DNA of 48,745 nt, filler included, from Sphacelaria rigidula (taxonomy: Eukaryota), in the NCBI GenBank assembly GCA_964200075.2. It is 2 parts of 2 records of this genome, joined end to end, with 100 filler letters (N's around TTAATTAATTAA, not from the genome) between each part and the next. Parts side by side here need not be neighbours in the genome. Positions count along the whole stretch, not along the records: positions 24,432 to 48,745 come from CAXNAA020000210.1; 1 more part is not named here. One strand, written 5' to 3'. The position numbers were made by a program, and so were the translations under genes. The stretch's first letter is position 1; every line of letters starts with the position of its first letter. Of the stretch, positions 25,662 through 38,400 are shown piece after piece. The notes under the pieces were generated by a model. That model saw only the letters and a program-made list of their open reading frames with translations. It was not told the DNA's origin and did not search any database.

Positions 25662-25811
25662 AACAAGTGGCACTGCTGGTCCTATGCAGGCTGGGCATAT
25701 ATATATATATATATATATACGCCTAAATGCAAAATTCGCCACCACTCCACATGTCTGACTTTTGTTTCCTCTCCATTTTCCGGGTGTTTCATTGGGCTTT
25801 GTTCATCACAG

Positions 25812-28431
25812 ATAGTGGGAGTTTACTTTTCCGCAGGGTGGTGCCCTCCATGCCAGGCGTTTTCCCCGGTGCTGTCCAAGTGGGCCAAAGAACATTCCAA
25901 CGAAGTCGTCATCGTTTTCTGCTCTTTCGACAAGAGGTGGGTTTCATAATGTTCGATTTTTTCGTCCTCGTCTTCCCCCATCGAGAACGGACAAGTCTTC
26001 TAGGTACGGAGATTTTGTTTCGCTTCGTTCTTCTCTGTATGGTGGGGCATGACATATTCACACCGCGATACATGGAAGATGCTTTTGTATACCTATATAT
26101 GTGGCCTGATCGGCTCAGCATGCACAGAGTTATGTCGATGTGCTTGAGGTGGCTGAGCGTGGGCACCTGTCACGGCGTAGCCTGTCACAACAATCGAGCA
26201 ATGACCCGCTTCTCACCGTGATTTTTTCAACATAGTGACTGCTTCTTCCTAACCTTGATTCCAGTATTGCCCCGCGGTAAATAGTTGAGGGACAAATCGG
26301 CTTCAATTTTAAGTCGTATTATTGTATCTGTTCGTGATGTCGACTGGTGGTCGGGTCAAGCGCCCATGAGGGCCAAAACATCGGAAGCGGGGACTGTCCG
26401 ATGGGGGGGCTGAGCGGTGTGCCTAATGAAAATAGTTGGATACGTGACCTGCAGCTGTGTGCGGGCAGATCTTCGGGACTGAGAAGGATCAATTGGCACC
26501 ACAGTAAATCAAAAGCAGTCAAATCACCGCTGTTGCGGCTGGTGTCCGATATAGCGATGAATAGCCGCTGTATCGGGCCCGCGCCGTGCCAAGAGATTTC
26601 ATCGTCGTTATATCGGCCATTTCGTTATTCAGGCCCTCGCTATATCAGGCCACCTACTGTACACGAAAATAATGTAGCGAAAATAGCTGAGCCGCAATGT
26701 GTTGCCACGGCGTTTTTATTTTGTTGTCTGGGATATGAGTGGATGCGCTTTTTTGCGCAGAGGACCTTTCCCATCTGAAGTAATGTTGCAGAGGCCTTGT
26801 TTTCTTTCATTATTTTTGTTCACTATGTTTGTCTATTCTGTCTCTCTGTTTTTCTTCACTTTTTTTCAGCGAGTGTTTCTGTTTTTTTCTTTTTTCAGGT
26901 ACGCCTACCATGTGCATAATGACCACGGCTGAATTCCTGGGGAATCAGTTAATGTGCCACCGTCAATCAATCAAGTCAATCAATCAACGAGTGCCTACGT
27001 GGTGCCGGGCACTTGTTCAACACCCAAGGTTGACCCGGAGAACCATGTACTGTTGATAATCGATTATTTGCGAAAATAGTGATGCTATTGCTATCTTCCA
27101 TACTCCGCTGCAGCACTATTTTTTCTCATATCTTGAAGCCCCTCCCTTCCTCGGAAGGAGTCCGTAGGCTAGGGGGGTCGACCACCCCATCTCTTTCTCC
27201 ACCCACGCCTATGGTGAGACACCCATGAGGCAGTGTGGAAATCGTGGCCGTCTCTGGAAGTAGCGATACCAGAAAATGGAGCAACTCATTGGAGGCTGGC
27301 ATCCAAATACAAAATAATCTGGACGCTTTGGGCCGAAGAATCTTGACACGATGCAGCTCATCTTACCCTTCATTCGACTCGCCGAACACATGACGGCGCT
27401 TCGCGCTTGCTGATTGTTCGCGAGGGTGGTCCGGCGAAAACCCGGCGTGCTCCGTCCCGGCTTTATAGGGACGCGAGGTCAACGGCCATATGACTATGGC
27501 ATGCATGATCATAAGTACACCCCCTCCACCCACCCCTTACATTTTGGCATCTCGTGAAATTGATCAGCACTCACACAACACATCGAATCTCGTTACTTTT
27601 TTCGCCACTCACGTCTGCACCGTTTCAACGACGGAAGTCAGACAATCTTCGGCACAAAACCACATACATCTACTAGGATTAGGATTCGAACTCTCATTCC
27701 TTTGCCTCAAGAGGTTTCAGTTGTACCATTTTAATTCAGATCACCGGGGCGCGTACGATGGGCATCTCCCTAAACATGGTTTACCTACATCGGCAGGCTC
27801 GTCTGTGACTTGGCCTACCCAGCACACAGAGCACCGCACGGTACGCGGATTGGAAGGGGATTAGCTATGGGTAGGATCTCAAGCGCATCGGCTAGTATGA
27901 AGCGGTGGGCGTGCGCGAACACCTTTGCGATTCGACGACGAACTCTAAGGCCGCTCATGATTACCGACGAGTCACATCCAGAGTTTACTGAATAAAACTT
28001 ACTTGGGTGGAACATCGTCGACACCATAGCTTCCCTACGACATACCGTCGTAGCTTTAACGAGCATATCCCTGATGCCTAACATTTTGTCCCCGCCCCCA
28101 CCCGCCCTGCGCCCTTTGTCTGCGCGGTCTGTTCCCCGTTTCGGCTCGTGCCGTCGGCCCTCACACGAGCAGTGAGCAGCAAATGAAAGATTACATTAAC
28201 GGCAAAGGCTTCTTGCGCATTCCGTACGGGGCGGATGATGCTCGAACGAAAGCGGCGAATTCGTTCGGTGTGCAGTCCTTGCCCTCCCTAGTTATTTTGA
28301 ACGGAGATACCGGCGCGAAGATCACGACGTGGGGACGTTCTGCCGTGTCCAAGAACCCTTCCCACTGCCTGGAGGAGTGGAAAAAGGGAGGGGACGGGGT
28401 GTCCTGGCTTCAGCTTTTCAAGCCATGGTGA
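25812..28431 (+). CDS. Nucleoredoxin/tryparedoxin-like thioredoxin-fold oxidoreductase. Exons 25812-25936 and 28173-28431; first exon not found
   Basis: Exon 'IVGVYFSAGWCPPCQAFSPVL...VVIVFCSFDK' splices in phase 2 (AG|gtgggt...gcag|T) to 'SEQQMKDYINGKGFLRIPYG...FGVQSLPSLVILNGDTG...WLQLFKPW*'. The YFSAxWCPPC active site and cis-Pro 'SLPSLV' are nucleoredoxin hallmarks. Confidence 0.9.
27211..27535. repeat. Same family, full copy in the nucleoredoxin intron
   Basis: Shared start and shared end (..atgactatggcatgcatgatcataagtacacccc). Confidence 0.85.
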
Positions 28432-30049
28432 CGTTTATTTTTCATTGCCGGGAGCATCACAAAATAAGATAATAGTGGCCTCCTGTATGTGTGTGTGTGT
28501 GTGTGTGTGGTGGCTTTTTCGCAAGGTGCTTCGCTTCTCTTCGTGATGGTTTGCCTTGTGCTATAATACTGGCATCGAAAGTGCGAAATAAGCTGGTGGT
28601 CCTGTCCTGTATCGGGTACTTTCCGCCCCTAGTAGACATGAACTTTCTCATCATTGAAAAAAATATATAAGTGTGGCCCTACGTAAGGTACCTCTTCAGC
28701 TTGATCTGTCATGATGATAGTGCTTATGAATATATGGGCCCAGCTACTATGGTAGTTGAGGTATTGGGTCAATTGATTGATCGATTGATTGTCGTACAAT
28801 AACTGATTGGCGGTGTGTTGTGACTTCGGATTGTCGAGCTGTAGGAGTGCTTTGCGATCATGGGGACTAACGGTGTTCGTATCACGCAGCCATCCGCGAA
28901 GTCTGATCTCCCTCTCGACTGCTTCGACGACTCCCTTTGAAGCTGTCGGGTGCGTGGTGAGATTTAAGGATGTTAAGGTGAATGGGCGCGTGATGTGGTT
29001 ATGTTTGGGGTTATAGCGTCCTCCTGGTTTCGACACTTCTCGGGCAACCACAGCGAGAGCCGTGTTGTTTTTTCTTGATGTGATGGCCGCCGCGCCCCGG
29101 TGATGTAATGGTCCGACTGTCGCCATTAGGGTGGAGAGAACTAGGGTTTGATTCCCGATGCGTTGGGTTTTTTCTTCGCAGTGTCTAATTTCCACCGTGG
29201 GGAACGTGAGAAGGTGAGTAAACAAAGTAGTCGGCTGAGTTTGTTTGACGCGAGTTGATGGGATGCGGGAGTGTTGGTCATGATCCAATCCGCGAGACCA
29301 AAATGCACGGCGTGTACCGGGGAGAGATAGGTTGATCCCTTGAGACCACGGACTCGTCCCGAGGAAGGGGAGGGGTCTAAAGTGCGACAAATAAATGAAT
29401 ACATGGGGTACATTCGTTTGTTGGTGTGGTCATCCTTTTCAAGTTTTTTGCTCATGTCGAGCTTCCTTTCGAAGTTGTTCAGGTTGGTAATCCAACGAGC
29501 GGTTGAATGTGTTATTGGCGGGCAATAGAACATGTCTTCGTGTGACGGAGAACAGGGCGGCTCTTCCAAATAGGCGTGGGTGGAGAAGCAACAATGATAA
29601 GTGTGCTGTCTTCGTTTCCGCCGGCATTACCCCCAGGTGGACTCCTGTTCTTTCTCGTCAAATCTCTATCCTTTCTCCCCCGTCCGCGAGACGAATCCGT
29701 GGTCACAAAGTCTTTCGTCTATTGTTGAGCTCTTGATCCATCTACAATCGTCGCATTTCAATCGTCACAATAAAATATACAACTAGCGTGACTCCTTTCC
29801 TCTTACCACAACCGAACAAGAGCCCGAGCAGCGCGACGACGCACGTCCTCCCATCTATTCCTCTCGGCCGATCTTCCACTGTAGTACAGCCAAAATACCA
29901 ACTGGACTGGCGAATGCGCTCTCCAGCACGTTTGACACAACGGTGCAACGACTTGTTTTCCCCACCACTACTCCCTTGGAGGGAGGGGCATGTAGCACTT
30001 TGCCTCCGGAGCCAAAGCCTGAGAATAGCCAAATCGGCGAAAGGAGGGG

Positions 30050-30130
30050 GCGGGGTACTCATGGTCTTGTATGCAGTAGTCATATGACCATTGTCCTCGC
30101 ATCCGTACAAAGCCGGCACGGAGCACGCCG
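30050..30130. repeat. Same family, partial inverted copy
   Basis: ggggtactcatggtcttgtatgcagtagtcatatgacc is the reverse complement of the family's right end. Confidence 0.7.
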
Positions 30131-30526
30131 CGGGATGGGGGGGGGAGGGGGGTTGCTGCGCATTTTGCTGTGTTATTTCCTGCATCACACTTGTACTAAC
30201 CACTTTTCATTGGAACGGGAAAATACGCTGCCCGAGCGGTACCTGGGTTGTGAGAAAACCGTGGTTTGCCCGAAATATTCGGCGCGGGAGGGTATGTCTC
30301 CTGGGAGAAAGGTCGCGACCCCCTTTGTATTCGCGCAAGAAAGGGACAGCGCAATTGAGTGAACTTTTATCACATTCGTTGTAGTTGGGGCAAAAAACAA
30401 ACCTTTTGATCTCCGATATGAGTATAAATATTTACTTAGTCGTTATGCTTCACTGGTTTCCGCCAACAGGAGGAGACACAAGACAACAGCAGCGGTCTGG
30501 ATAAAAATGACTGATGATCAATGCTA

Positions 30527-30986
30527 CAGTAGGGGTGCACTTTTTGCGCAAAATCTTCCAAGGGTAGGTCGAGAAGAGTATACTCAATTGCGGGGTATTT
30601 TAAAAGTCGCACTTGAAGTACACAAATTGGGGTAGGGTTGTAGGGATCGATCGCTTCCCAGGTATTTTCGGGGTACGAATCCTCAAACGCTACCATAATT
30701 TGAATGCCTCAAGTGCGTCTTTCAAAATACCCCGCAATTGAGTATACTCTACTCGACCTGCCCTTGAAATCTTGTCTGTTTCAGGGGCTCCTAACGATTC
30801 TAGATGAACAAGCAAATGGGTCAGGGCATATCCCCGTTTGCAAATTACTTCGGGATATCCCTAGCATAATTGGAATAGTAATCCTGGCACACTTTCACTT
30901 ATTTCGAAAGTAGTCTTGTTTTGGATGAGACAAAGGGCTCCTAACATTCCTAACCTCAGAAAGTATTTATTTGTGCAACCCTACCG
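30527..30986. mobile_element. Second copy of the CAGTAGGGGTGCAC MITE, interrupted by the CAAGGG MITE
   Basis: TA|cagtaggggtgcac...gtgcaaccctaccg|TA; shares 'atccccgtttgcaaatt..ttcgggatatccc..agtaatcctg' with the 25066 copy. Confidence 0.8.
30559..30766. mobile_element. MITE, CAAGGG family, nested inside another MITE
   Basis: Same TIRs as the 42658 copy; TSD aaatcttc / aaatcttg; the uninterrupted site is visible in the paralogous host copy near 25090. Confidence 0.88.
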
Positions 30987-31124
30987 TAGCGTTACTCTGA
31001 TGCGACATTGGGGGGGAAACGAGAACCATGCTTCATCCGCGATTTTTTTTTTCTTGCAGCGATGCTTCAGTTTGTGGAAGGAATGGTTCAAAACACATAC
31101 ACGCACACACATCTGGTGCTTGAC

Positions 31125-34100
31125 CTGGTTGAGGAATCTGCTGTCACAGTTTTCGGAGAGGAAGCTTTCCGCCGAAAAAGTTGCGAAAGTCTGAAAAAAA
31201 AGACATCCCCGTTCGATCAAAATACCCCTTACTTCTGCATTTTTTTTAGAGCCACCACTCCATCACATACATGTTATCATCGTTGTCGTTGGGTTGCTGT
31301 CGTCGAATATGATGGTGTGTCTTTGTGATATTGTTCTTGAATAATATCAGACCAATAAGACGTTTTTTTTCTTTCCTCTATAACTCCCCCCTTCTTTTGA
31401 GATGGCACATGTGTAGCGCGTCAAACCTTGTAATTTGTATTTTCCCGAGTAGTAACCGTGTGTATACTCTCCCCCCTAACCCTTAGACCGTGGTGCGGGT
31501 AGTCCATCTGGATCACGCATACCTTTTTCAAGTGAATATTGATGTCGATTCAGCAGGTGACCTACCCTCGTGGTTAACGGTCGACCCTGAAACTGAAATT
31601 TCAACCAAAATAATTATCATCGGTGGGAAGTGTGTGCCCGACCAATCCTTAAAAGAAACAACACACGCGAAACTTCTGACATGTACATAATTATATATCT
31701 TATATGGTGAGCACCCCACAATATCTTGAGCTTAAATCAAGTTGTCCCGTATGCGTAAAATCTCAACCAGGCTCGTATTACTTATTTTTGTAGCTCTAGA
31801 CATACGTCACCATCCACAGATGATGGCATTGACCGCCATATATATATATAGGCTGGGCCAGCCTAAAAGCGGATTTGTACTTTGCAGGCGAATTCGCAAT
31901 TTTTTTCTTGGAGTTGGAAAATGAAATTTTGGTAAAATGCCCTTAACTCACGAAAAAAAAAATCGTTGGGACCTCACAGACAGCTTTTCTTCATGCCCTG
32001 TTGATTGTCCATACCAAATTTCACTCTCCAACTCCAAGAAAAAAATTGCGAATTTACATTTGAAAAACCGAGGCGGCGGAAATTCGGAACAGTATTTTGC
32101 AGGCCGTTTATTCGCCCACGTTTGATGTTTGTGGGTTGAAACTTTGTGCGGGACCTTGCTAGGTCGTGATGAACCAAGATAAATGGGTTAGGTTGGGTTT
32201 TATTTTATTTTTTCACTGATTGAGGGCATTCTAGTATGGTAACGATGATTTTTTTCGAGAACGCCCGAACCTCTCATGAAAAAAAAAAAATGAAGGCCTA
32301 TTTTTTTTTTTACTCAGCACACCTTTGTCGTTCTCCATGCCAAGCTTCAAATCACAATTCTAAAAATTGAGCTGAAAAATTGAGTCAAGGCCCAAGAGCA
32401 ATGTTCATTTCTCCTCATAACTCCCCTAATAACACGAAAAAAGATGAGAAAAAACGAAAAAACACCCGGAAAAGCTGTGTTTTGTTTCGTTATGCACTAC
32501 TAGCGGTTCTCCATACCAAATTTCATAGCACAACTCTCAAAAACTGAGACGCGGTATCCAGATTTAGGTAATCTAGTGCCTCTGCTGGTAATATACTGAT
32601 TTTAGAATGGAACCTTATGTGCGCCATATTTCGAGATAGATAACGAACTGGGTGAAAGTGAGGGTATCTATCGTCTCCCCATGCTGCAGGGAAGGTCCAC
32701 ACCAAAATCGTCATCATCCGCTTGATCGATCGTTCGGGGTTTCATATAGGTTTTGATGTAGACGCTATCTCCGCTAGGTATAGGAATTACTGTACATGGG
32801 GTTTACTCGACGAGGAAAAATTGGCCCAGATTTTTGAGCAGATGGGCACCTTCCCCTTGGTTGGACGATTAATACGATATGCAGATCACGGCCCAACTCG
32901 TCTGTGTCGTTGAGACATCGCTTTTAGAGCTTAAATCCGTTTTTAGGCTGGCCCAGCCTGTATTTTATTCTTGTATTATTAATACGGTACCTAAATGAGG
33001 GGAATGAGGGCACATACAGTACAACAGTAGTAGCGATAACTTCTTCATCTGTGTTGCTGTTCTCGCTCGATGACTATTTTGCCGCAGACAGATCTGAACC
33101 CCTCGCATCATCCTCTCTACGCCTGGAAAATAAGCTCAATATCCTTTCACAGACAGTCGTTTGTGCTAGTGCTATTATACAAGTACTGTGTGCTGTCCTA
33201 GTGCTGGATTTGCTAAAACATTACCGATCGAGGGTGAAGATTCATGCGACAGTCTTGACGTACGTCCCACACGCATGGAGGCGTCTGCTGGAAAAAAAAA
33301 ACTAAGCTTATGCTCGGTCGTCGGTGCCCAAGCAATGGACATGCCGACCCGACTATGTGACACGTGCCTACCCGGTGACAAGTACATTGCTGCACAGTGC
33401 CATAAAGTACAGTAAAAGTGCGATGGTGTTTACTTCACGCTGCTGATATAAAGCGGTGGAGGTGCTGTCTCTGTGTACAAGGGTCTGGTTTTCCCGTATA
33501 CTACCAAGATAACTGAACGAGGACGATTTTCGAAGAGGCTCACCAGGTGAGTAGAGCGCGGTTGGTGTACATACTGTAGTGTGCTTCCCACGGTACGGCA
33601 AGGGTAGCCTAAAGGAGAAGCTCCAGCCGTATTGTGCTTTGCGACATATACTTCCTGTTCAGCAACAGTGATGAGTGTGTATGAGTTGGTATTTTGTCTT
33701 GAAACCTCGTGTTGTGTGCCCAGCGCATAGGCGAACGGCAACGATGGAGCGGACACGAAACAGCAACTACAGTACTACTGTACACATAGAGTATAACGGT
33801 TGATAACTCTTTTTCAATCAACATGGAGGGTTTACTGCTTCCTTTGTGCATTCGAGCTCGCCCTCAGCCTCTTCTTGCCGTCCAAGTGGCGACTGTAGAA
33901 CTCAGCTGTCTAGTGCAGCGCAGTGGAACATCGAAGATACGATGGCCAAGTACTTGTTGTGCGTCCACATGTAGTTGTGTTTGTAATAGACAGGCGGAAG
34001 GGAGGCTCCTTGCGGAGATGCAGTTACACTGTCTTTCAAAGTACTTTTGATAGTTTCTGTGCTTCTCCAATATTCTCGGCAGGATAGCGGTGTAGTGGGG

Positions 34101-34748
34101 TCAGCGGGAAGAATGACCAATGCAACCAATCACGTAGCAGCGATGTATGCGTTGACAACAGCGGGAATAGATCAGCAGTGCATTCCACGGTAGACACTGC
34201 GGTACAGCCACTCTTCCGGTTACGGTGTGCGCGAGCAGGTTCTACTTTGTAAATATACTACAGGCTGGAAGGGAAGCCTAGACTTGGATGTTGTGGCCGC
34301 ACTCGCTTTCAAAACGCTCGTTTCCCCTTCATTGTATTGTCATCCTATTGTGGCGTGGGTGCAAGTATAGTGGCGTCACCCATGAGGGTCATGAAGACTG
34401 CTGCGTGCCTGCTGGAATCAATCCGTTTTACTTAGGCTGAATGATTTATTCACGCAACGTTGTCCTTGTAAGCAGAGGACAGCCACCTGCTACTCGCCGT
34501 GCAGGTGCTCTCACCACTCGTTTTCGATTTCTGTTGGCGGTTTTACAAAGAAAGTTAATCTGGCGGTTGACAGCTCGTCGCGTTAAAGTAACAGTAAGCA
34601 GCTAGTGATGCGGGTACGCAGACATTCAATTCGACAGCAGGTGGGTCACCCCCCTCGACTGGTCACAGCTGAGCTCATGAGCAGCAGGGCTTCTTGTTAT
34701 CATAGTGTGGAGGAGCGGCGGGGTCTTCGCGAATGTCCAAGCTTCCAT
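31125..34748 (-). other. Possible spliced orphan gene or lncRNA, head-to-head with the CLK gene. Exon-like blocks 34650-34748, 34487-34530, 33544-33608, 33225-33287, one ending at 33122; further blocks near 31520-31590 and 31125-31190
   Basis: Pyrimidine-rich acceptors (ttttttttccag, ctcctttag, ttattttccag, tttttttcag) and donors (gtgagc, gtaatg, gtatgc). The first five blocks join in frame from ATG 34748 (MEAWTFAKTPPLL...), but the peptide resembles nothing I recognise. Confidence 0.3.
31849..32960. mobile_element. Non-autonomous ~1.1-kb DNA transposon, TA-flanked
   Basis: TIRs aggctgggccagcctaaaagcggattt / aaatccgtttttaggctggcccagcctg; left end lies in a (TA)n run, right end is followed by TA; internal inverted repeat ~31885-32055; no transposase ORF. 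Confidence 0.78.
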
Positions 34749-35451
34749 TTCGCGGTGATGATCAAGTTTGCGCTGCTTGACACTTCAACCAAGACAGAAG
34801 GGACGAAACGCGATACTCGTAAGATACTCGACGGCGTCCTACAATACAGTGGTTTGTCGCGTCGCCGCGAGCGTAGAATTCCAGTCCGTAATGAGCCCGT
34901 TGTATCAGTGAAGATGTCTTTTCTCACGGCGCGCACTCACAATCCGCAAGTTTCAATAACACTGGGCGTTAATTCCGTTTGCACCCACGTCATCGCTAGT
35001 GTCTACCGTAGTCAGCTGGCATGCCGACTAGAACAGTGTGTGTCTCGTGCACAGCAAACAAATGGACAACACGCCGTTTTCTCTCAACCACAACGCGCTC
35101 CGCGTTACGTACGGTACTACTCTCTGTGCGTATTCATCTCGTGTGCAATACATCACGGTACTTTCACCGCCTCACTCTCTCATATTCCCGTTTGCGTTGA
35201 TCCTCGTTTCTGCTTATAAACTGACAGACAATATGGTCACCAACAGCAAAAAGCAAAGACGGTTGCGGCTCTCGTGTCAAATAGCTGGAACCGGGTCATC
35301 ATCGAACCACCATCGATTCTAGAATTGTAAGGCTTGTCGCTCTTCCGTGTAATATCCCACGTGGTGCTCTGCTCTGTGCCCTTATTACCACCGACAGGTG
35401 AACCCCCAAGTATCGGTTCACCACCCGCAGTTGCCCACCAAAATATTCCAC

Positions 35452-38400
35452 ATGACGAATGATCATCACGGCTCGTCGCCGCCGCCGGGACGCCGTCGGC
35501 AGCTGCCACGATCATCTGCATCATATGCCAACCAATCAGCAAAGGGCAACGCCAATGGAGGTGGAGGGGGCGGACAATGGAAGAACACGAGCGGTGACGG
35601 CGGTAGCGGGGGTCCTGGCGGGAGAGGGGGCGGTGACGACAGGAGAGGGGCCGGTGACGAGAGGAGAGGGGGTGGGGACGACAGAAGATCGGGCGGCGAC
35701 GATAGAAGAGGGGGCGGCGATGACAGAAGAGCGGGGGGCGACGACAGAAGGGCGGGGGGCGACGACAGGAGACGCGGCGGCGGCGGATGGGGCGCAGAGA
35801 GAGAGAGAGAGCGAGAGATAGGCTCGGGAAATCGAGGGCGGGGAAGCAGCGGTATTCGAGGTGGTAGAGACGAGCTTACGCATCTGCCGCCGCACCAAGG
35901 TGATTTGCGGCACTCCGGTGGAGGCAGAGATGGTGAGTTCAGCCCCATCGCCGGTCCCGTCGGAGGAAGAGAGCCGTGGGCGGGGGAGGCGAGGACAGGA
36001 GGGAGCGCGAGCCGCGCGCACAATAATCGTGACTCCAGGGACAACATGTCGCGTGGCGCTGCTAATAGTCGCCACCATAGTCGTCCACCCCCGCCGGTTG
36101 TAATCGAACCAAGCAGTGGAGCGATCGGCGTTGGGAGAGAATGGGAGAGGGACCGGAGCCCTCCTCCCGCTCATCATCACCGTCCTGGTGGCTATCGAGG
36201 ATCGGATCGTGATTGGCCGACCAACAGCGGTGGCGGCGGCGGTTTCGGTGGAGACGATTACAGGGGTGGAGGACCTGGAGGTGCCTTCATTGGTGGGGGA
36301 GGAGGAGATAGAGGCGGTCCGCGATACAACGGAAGGGGTAGCGGTTTCCGAGATGAAGCTAGAGGTAGCGGTGGCGGCAGCCATCGAGACATTGGAGGAT
36401 ATCCACCGGATTTCCTCCCGAGTGCACGGGCCGAGATGCACGTGGTAGGCCACGAATATTGGGATCAACCGCGACGTCGATTCAATTCCCGTGATCGCGG
36501 TGCGCCCGGTGGCGGCGGCGTCGTCGGTCCTCTACTACACGGACCCCCTCCCGGTGGCTGGAACAATCCTAGCCAGGGACCGCCTCCTTTCCCACCGGAC
36601 AGGGTCATTTACGATTCCCGTAACCCTCCGCGTGGCGTTGGCCATCCGCCCCGCGGCATCAGTGGCTTCGGCGGGGCAGGTTTTGACGGCTACAGTCATG
36701 TCCCGCTCGGTCCGAGCGGACATGGACCCCCTCCTCCGATGGGAGGGTTTGACTCGAGAGACCGTCAACAGAGACGCAACAACCCGAGTCGTAGCCGAAG
36801 CAGAGAACGAGGAGGTGGCGGCGGCTATCATCAGGGACGTGATTCCAGTGTTGGTCGCGATCGTAATAACAGTAGAATGGGCGGCGGCGGCGGTGGAGTT
36901 GGCGGGGGTGGAACTCGTGGGTCATATCGAAGATCCCCCCAACCAAGAGGACGCCCACGTGGCAGCGGTGGTTCACCCCCAGGGCGTTCTTCCCCGTACG
37001 TCGGCCGTGGTCGACGTGGGGGTGGCAGGGGATACTCCGGGGGAGCGGTTTCTCCCAGAGGAGCAGGCGGTGGCGGTGGTGGACGCGATGAATATCACCC
37101 CCCGGCGTCTGGTGCCGGGGTCAACTATAGAAATGGCGGCGGCGGCGGCAGCGGGGGTAGAGCAAGCACTCGATATGCCAATGGTGGAGGACGTGGCGGA
37201 GGGCATCATGGCGGTGACCACCACGTCCAATCAGGCTATAGTGGCGGTGGCGGGCAGCGCCGCGAGCACAGGAGATATGAGACCCGGGGAGGAGGCGGGG
37301 CGTGGGGAGGGGGCGGGGGTGGGGGACGCGCACCTGATAAGAATGGCAGGCGTGGTCGATCTTCCAGTATGGGTGGTGATTCGGCCGGAAGCGGGAGACG
37401 TAGCGGGGGCGGAGGCGGAGACCACAGCGGAGGCGGCGATGATCAGGGTCACTACAAGGTTTGTACTAGCTTTGCAATTTGAGGGTACCGCCGCGTGCGG
37501 CTGATCGAACTGGCACACCAACAACCACTTTGGGCGGACTGCATGGGCCCGAATCCCGACAAATATGACCGTCGTTTTTCAAGATTTTGGTTTTCGTCAT
37601 TGAATGCGGGGGGATGTGAGTATCGATTATACATTCCATGAAAGTTGACGGCCTGCGGGAGTGGTGATGGGTGATCATCCAATGCTCGTCAGTACATTGT
37701 CCGGCAAGTGCGGGGGGAGAGAAAGGGTTGATCCCGTGAGACTGTGATCTTGCGGGAGAGGATGTTGAGGTAAACCCCACGACCGCCAGAGTGGATTCAT
37801 CATATGCTGAATCGGCATCTTTTTTACTTGAGAAACGCAATCAGGACGCCGATGGCTCACTCACCCTGGTGGTCGAGGAGTTGAAAGTATGACAAGAAGT
37901 ATTATGGAACAAATGAGAGCGACTCGGAGGGTCGAAATTGAAGTATTTGCTGAAGCGGGGAGGCGTACATTTTGGTTACGCTCGCCCCTCGTCTGGCTCC
38001 GCTGTCACGTGCGTGTTCCAACTCTCTATTGGCGAAACTTGGAAGATTTGGGTGTTCAGACGCTGAAGTGAGTAAGTATATTGGGTCGAGCTATATTTTC
38101 AGATAAACTGGCTTTGGGGCGGTATACCTGCACCACATGTCACATTGCCTGTCCTACATTTCTACCGTTCGCAGCAGAAATATACAGAACCAAATTGATG
38201 TTCCTTATGTTTGTCACTTTCAACCCTCCCCCCCCCGTCCCCGTGCTCCGTCTCGAAAGGGATGCGTGGTCAATGGTCGAACGACTAAGGCAAGGAACAA
38301 ATGAGTACGCCCCCGTCCCTGTCCCCGTCCCCTCAGAGGGAGAAATGTGGGAAGTAAACGAAGGTGGCATGAAATCGTTTGGACAGTAGCGAGAAAACGA

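Noticed and set aside
26500-26662. Tigger/pogo-like MITE end (..cgctatatcaggccacctactgTA)
   Set aside because: No convincing matching left TIR was found.
28629-29390. 253-aa minus-strand ORF
   Set aside because: No recognisable motif. It overlaps the probable nucleoredoxin 3' UTR and two dispersed repeat fragments.
35466-37504. Long overlapping ORFs (193, 310 and 337 aa) in other frames and strands
   Set aside because: Shadows of the GC-rich, low-complexity CLK exon 1.
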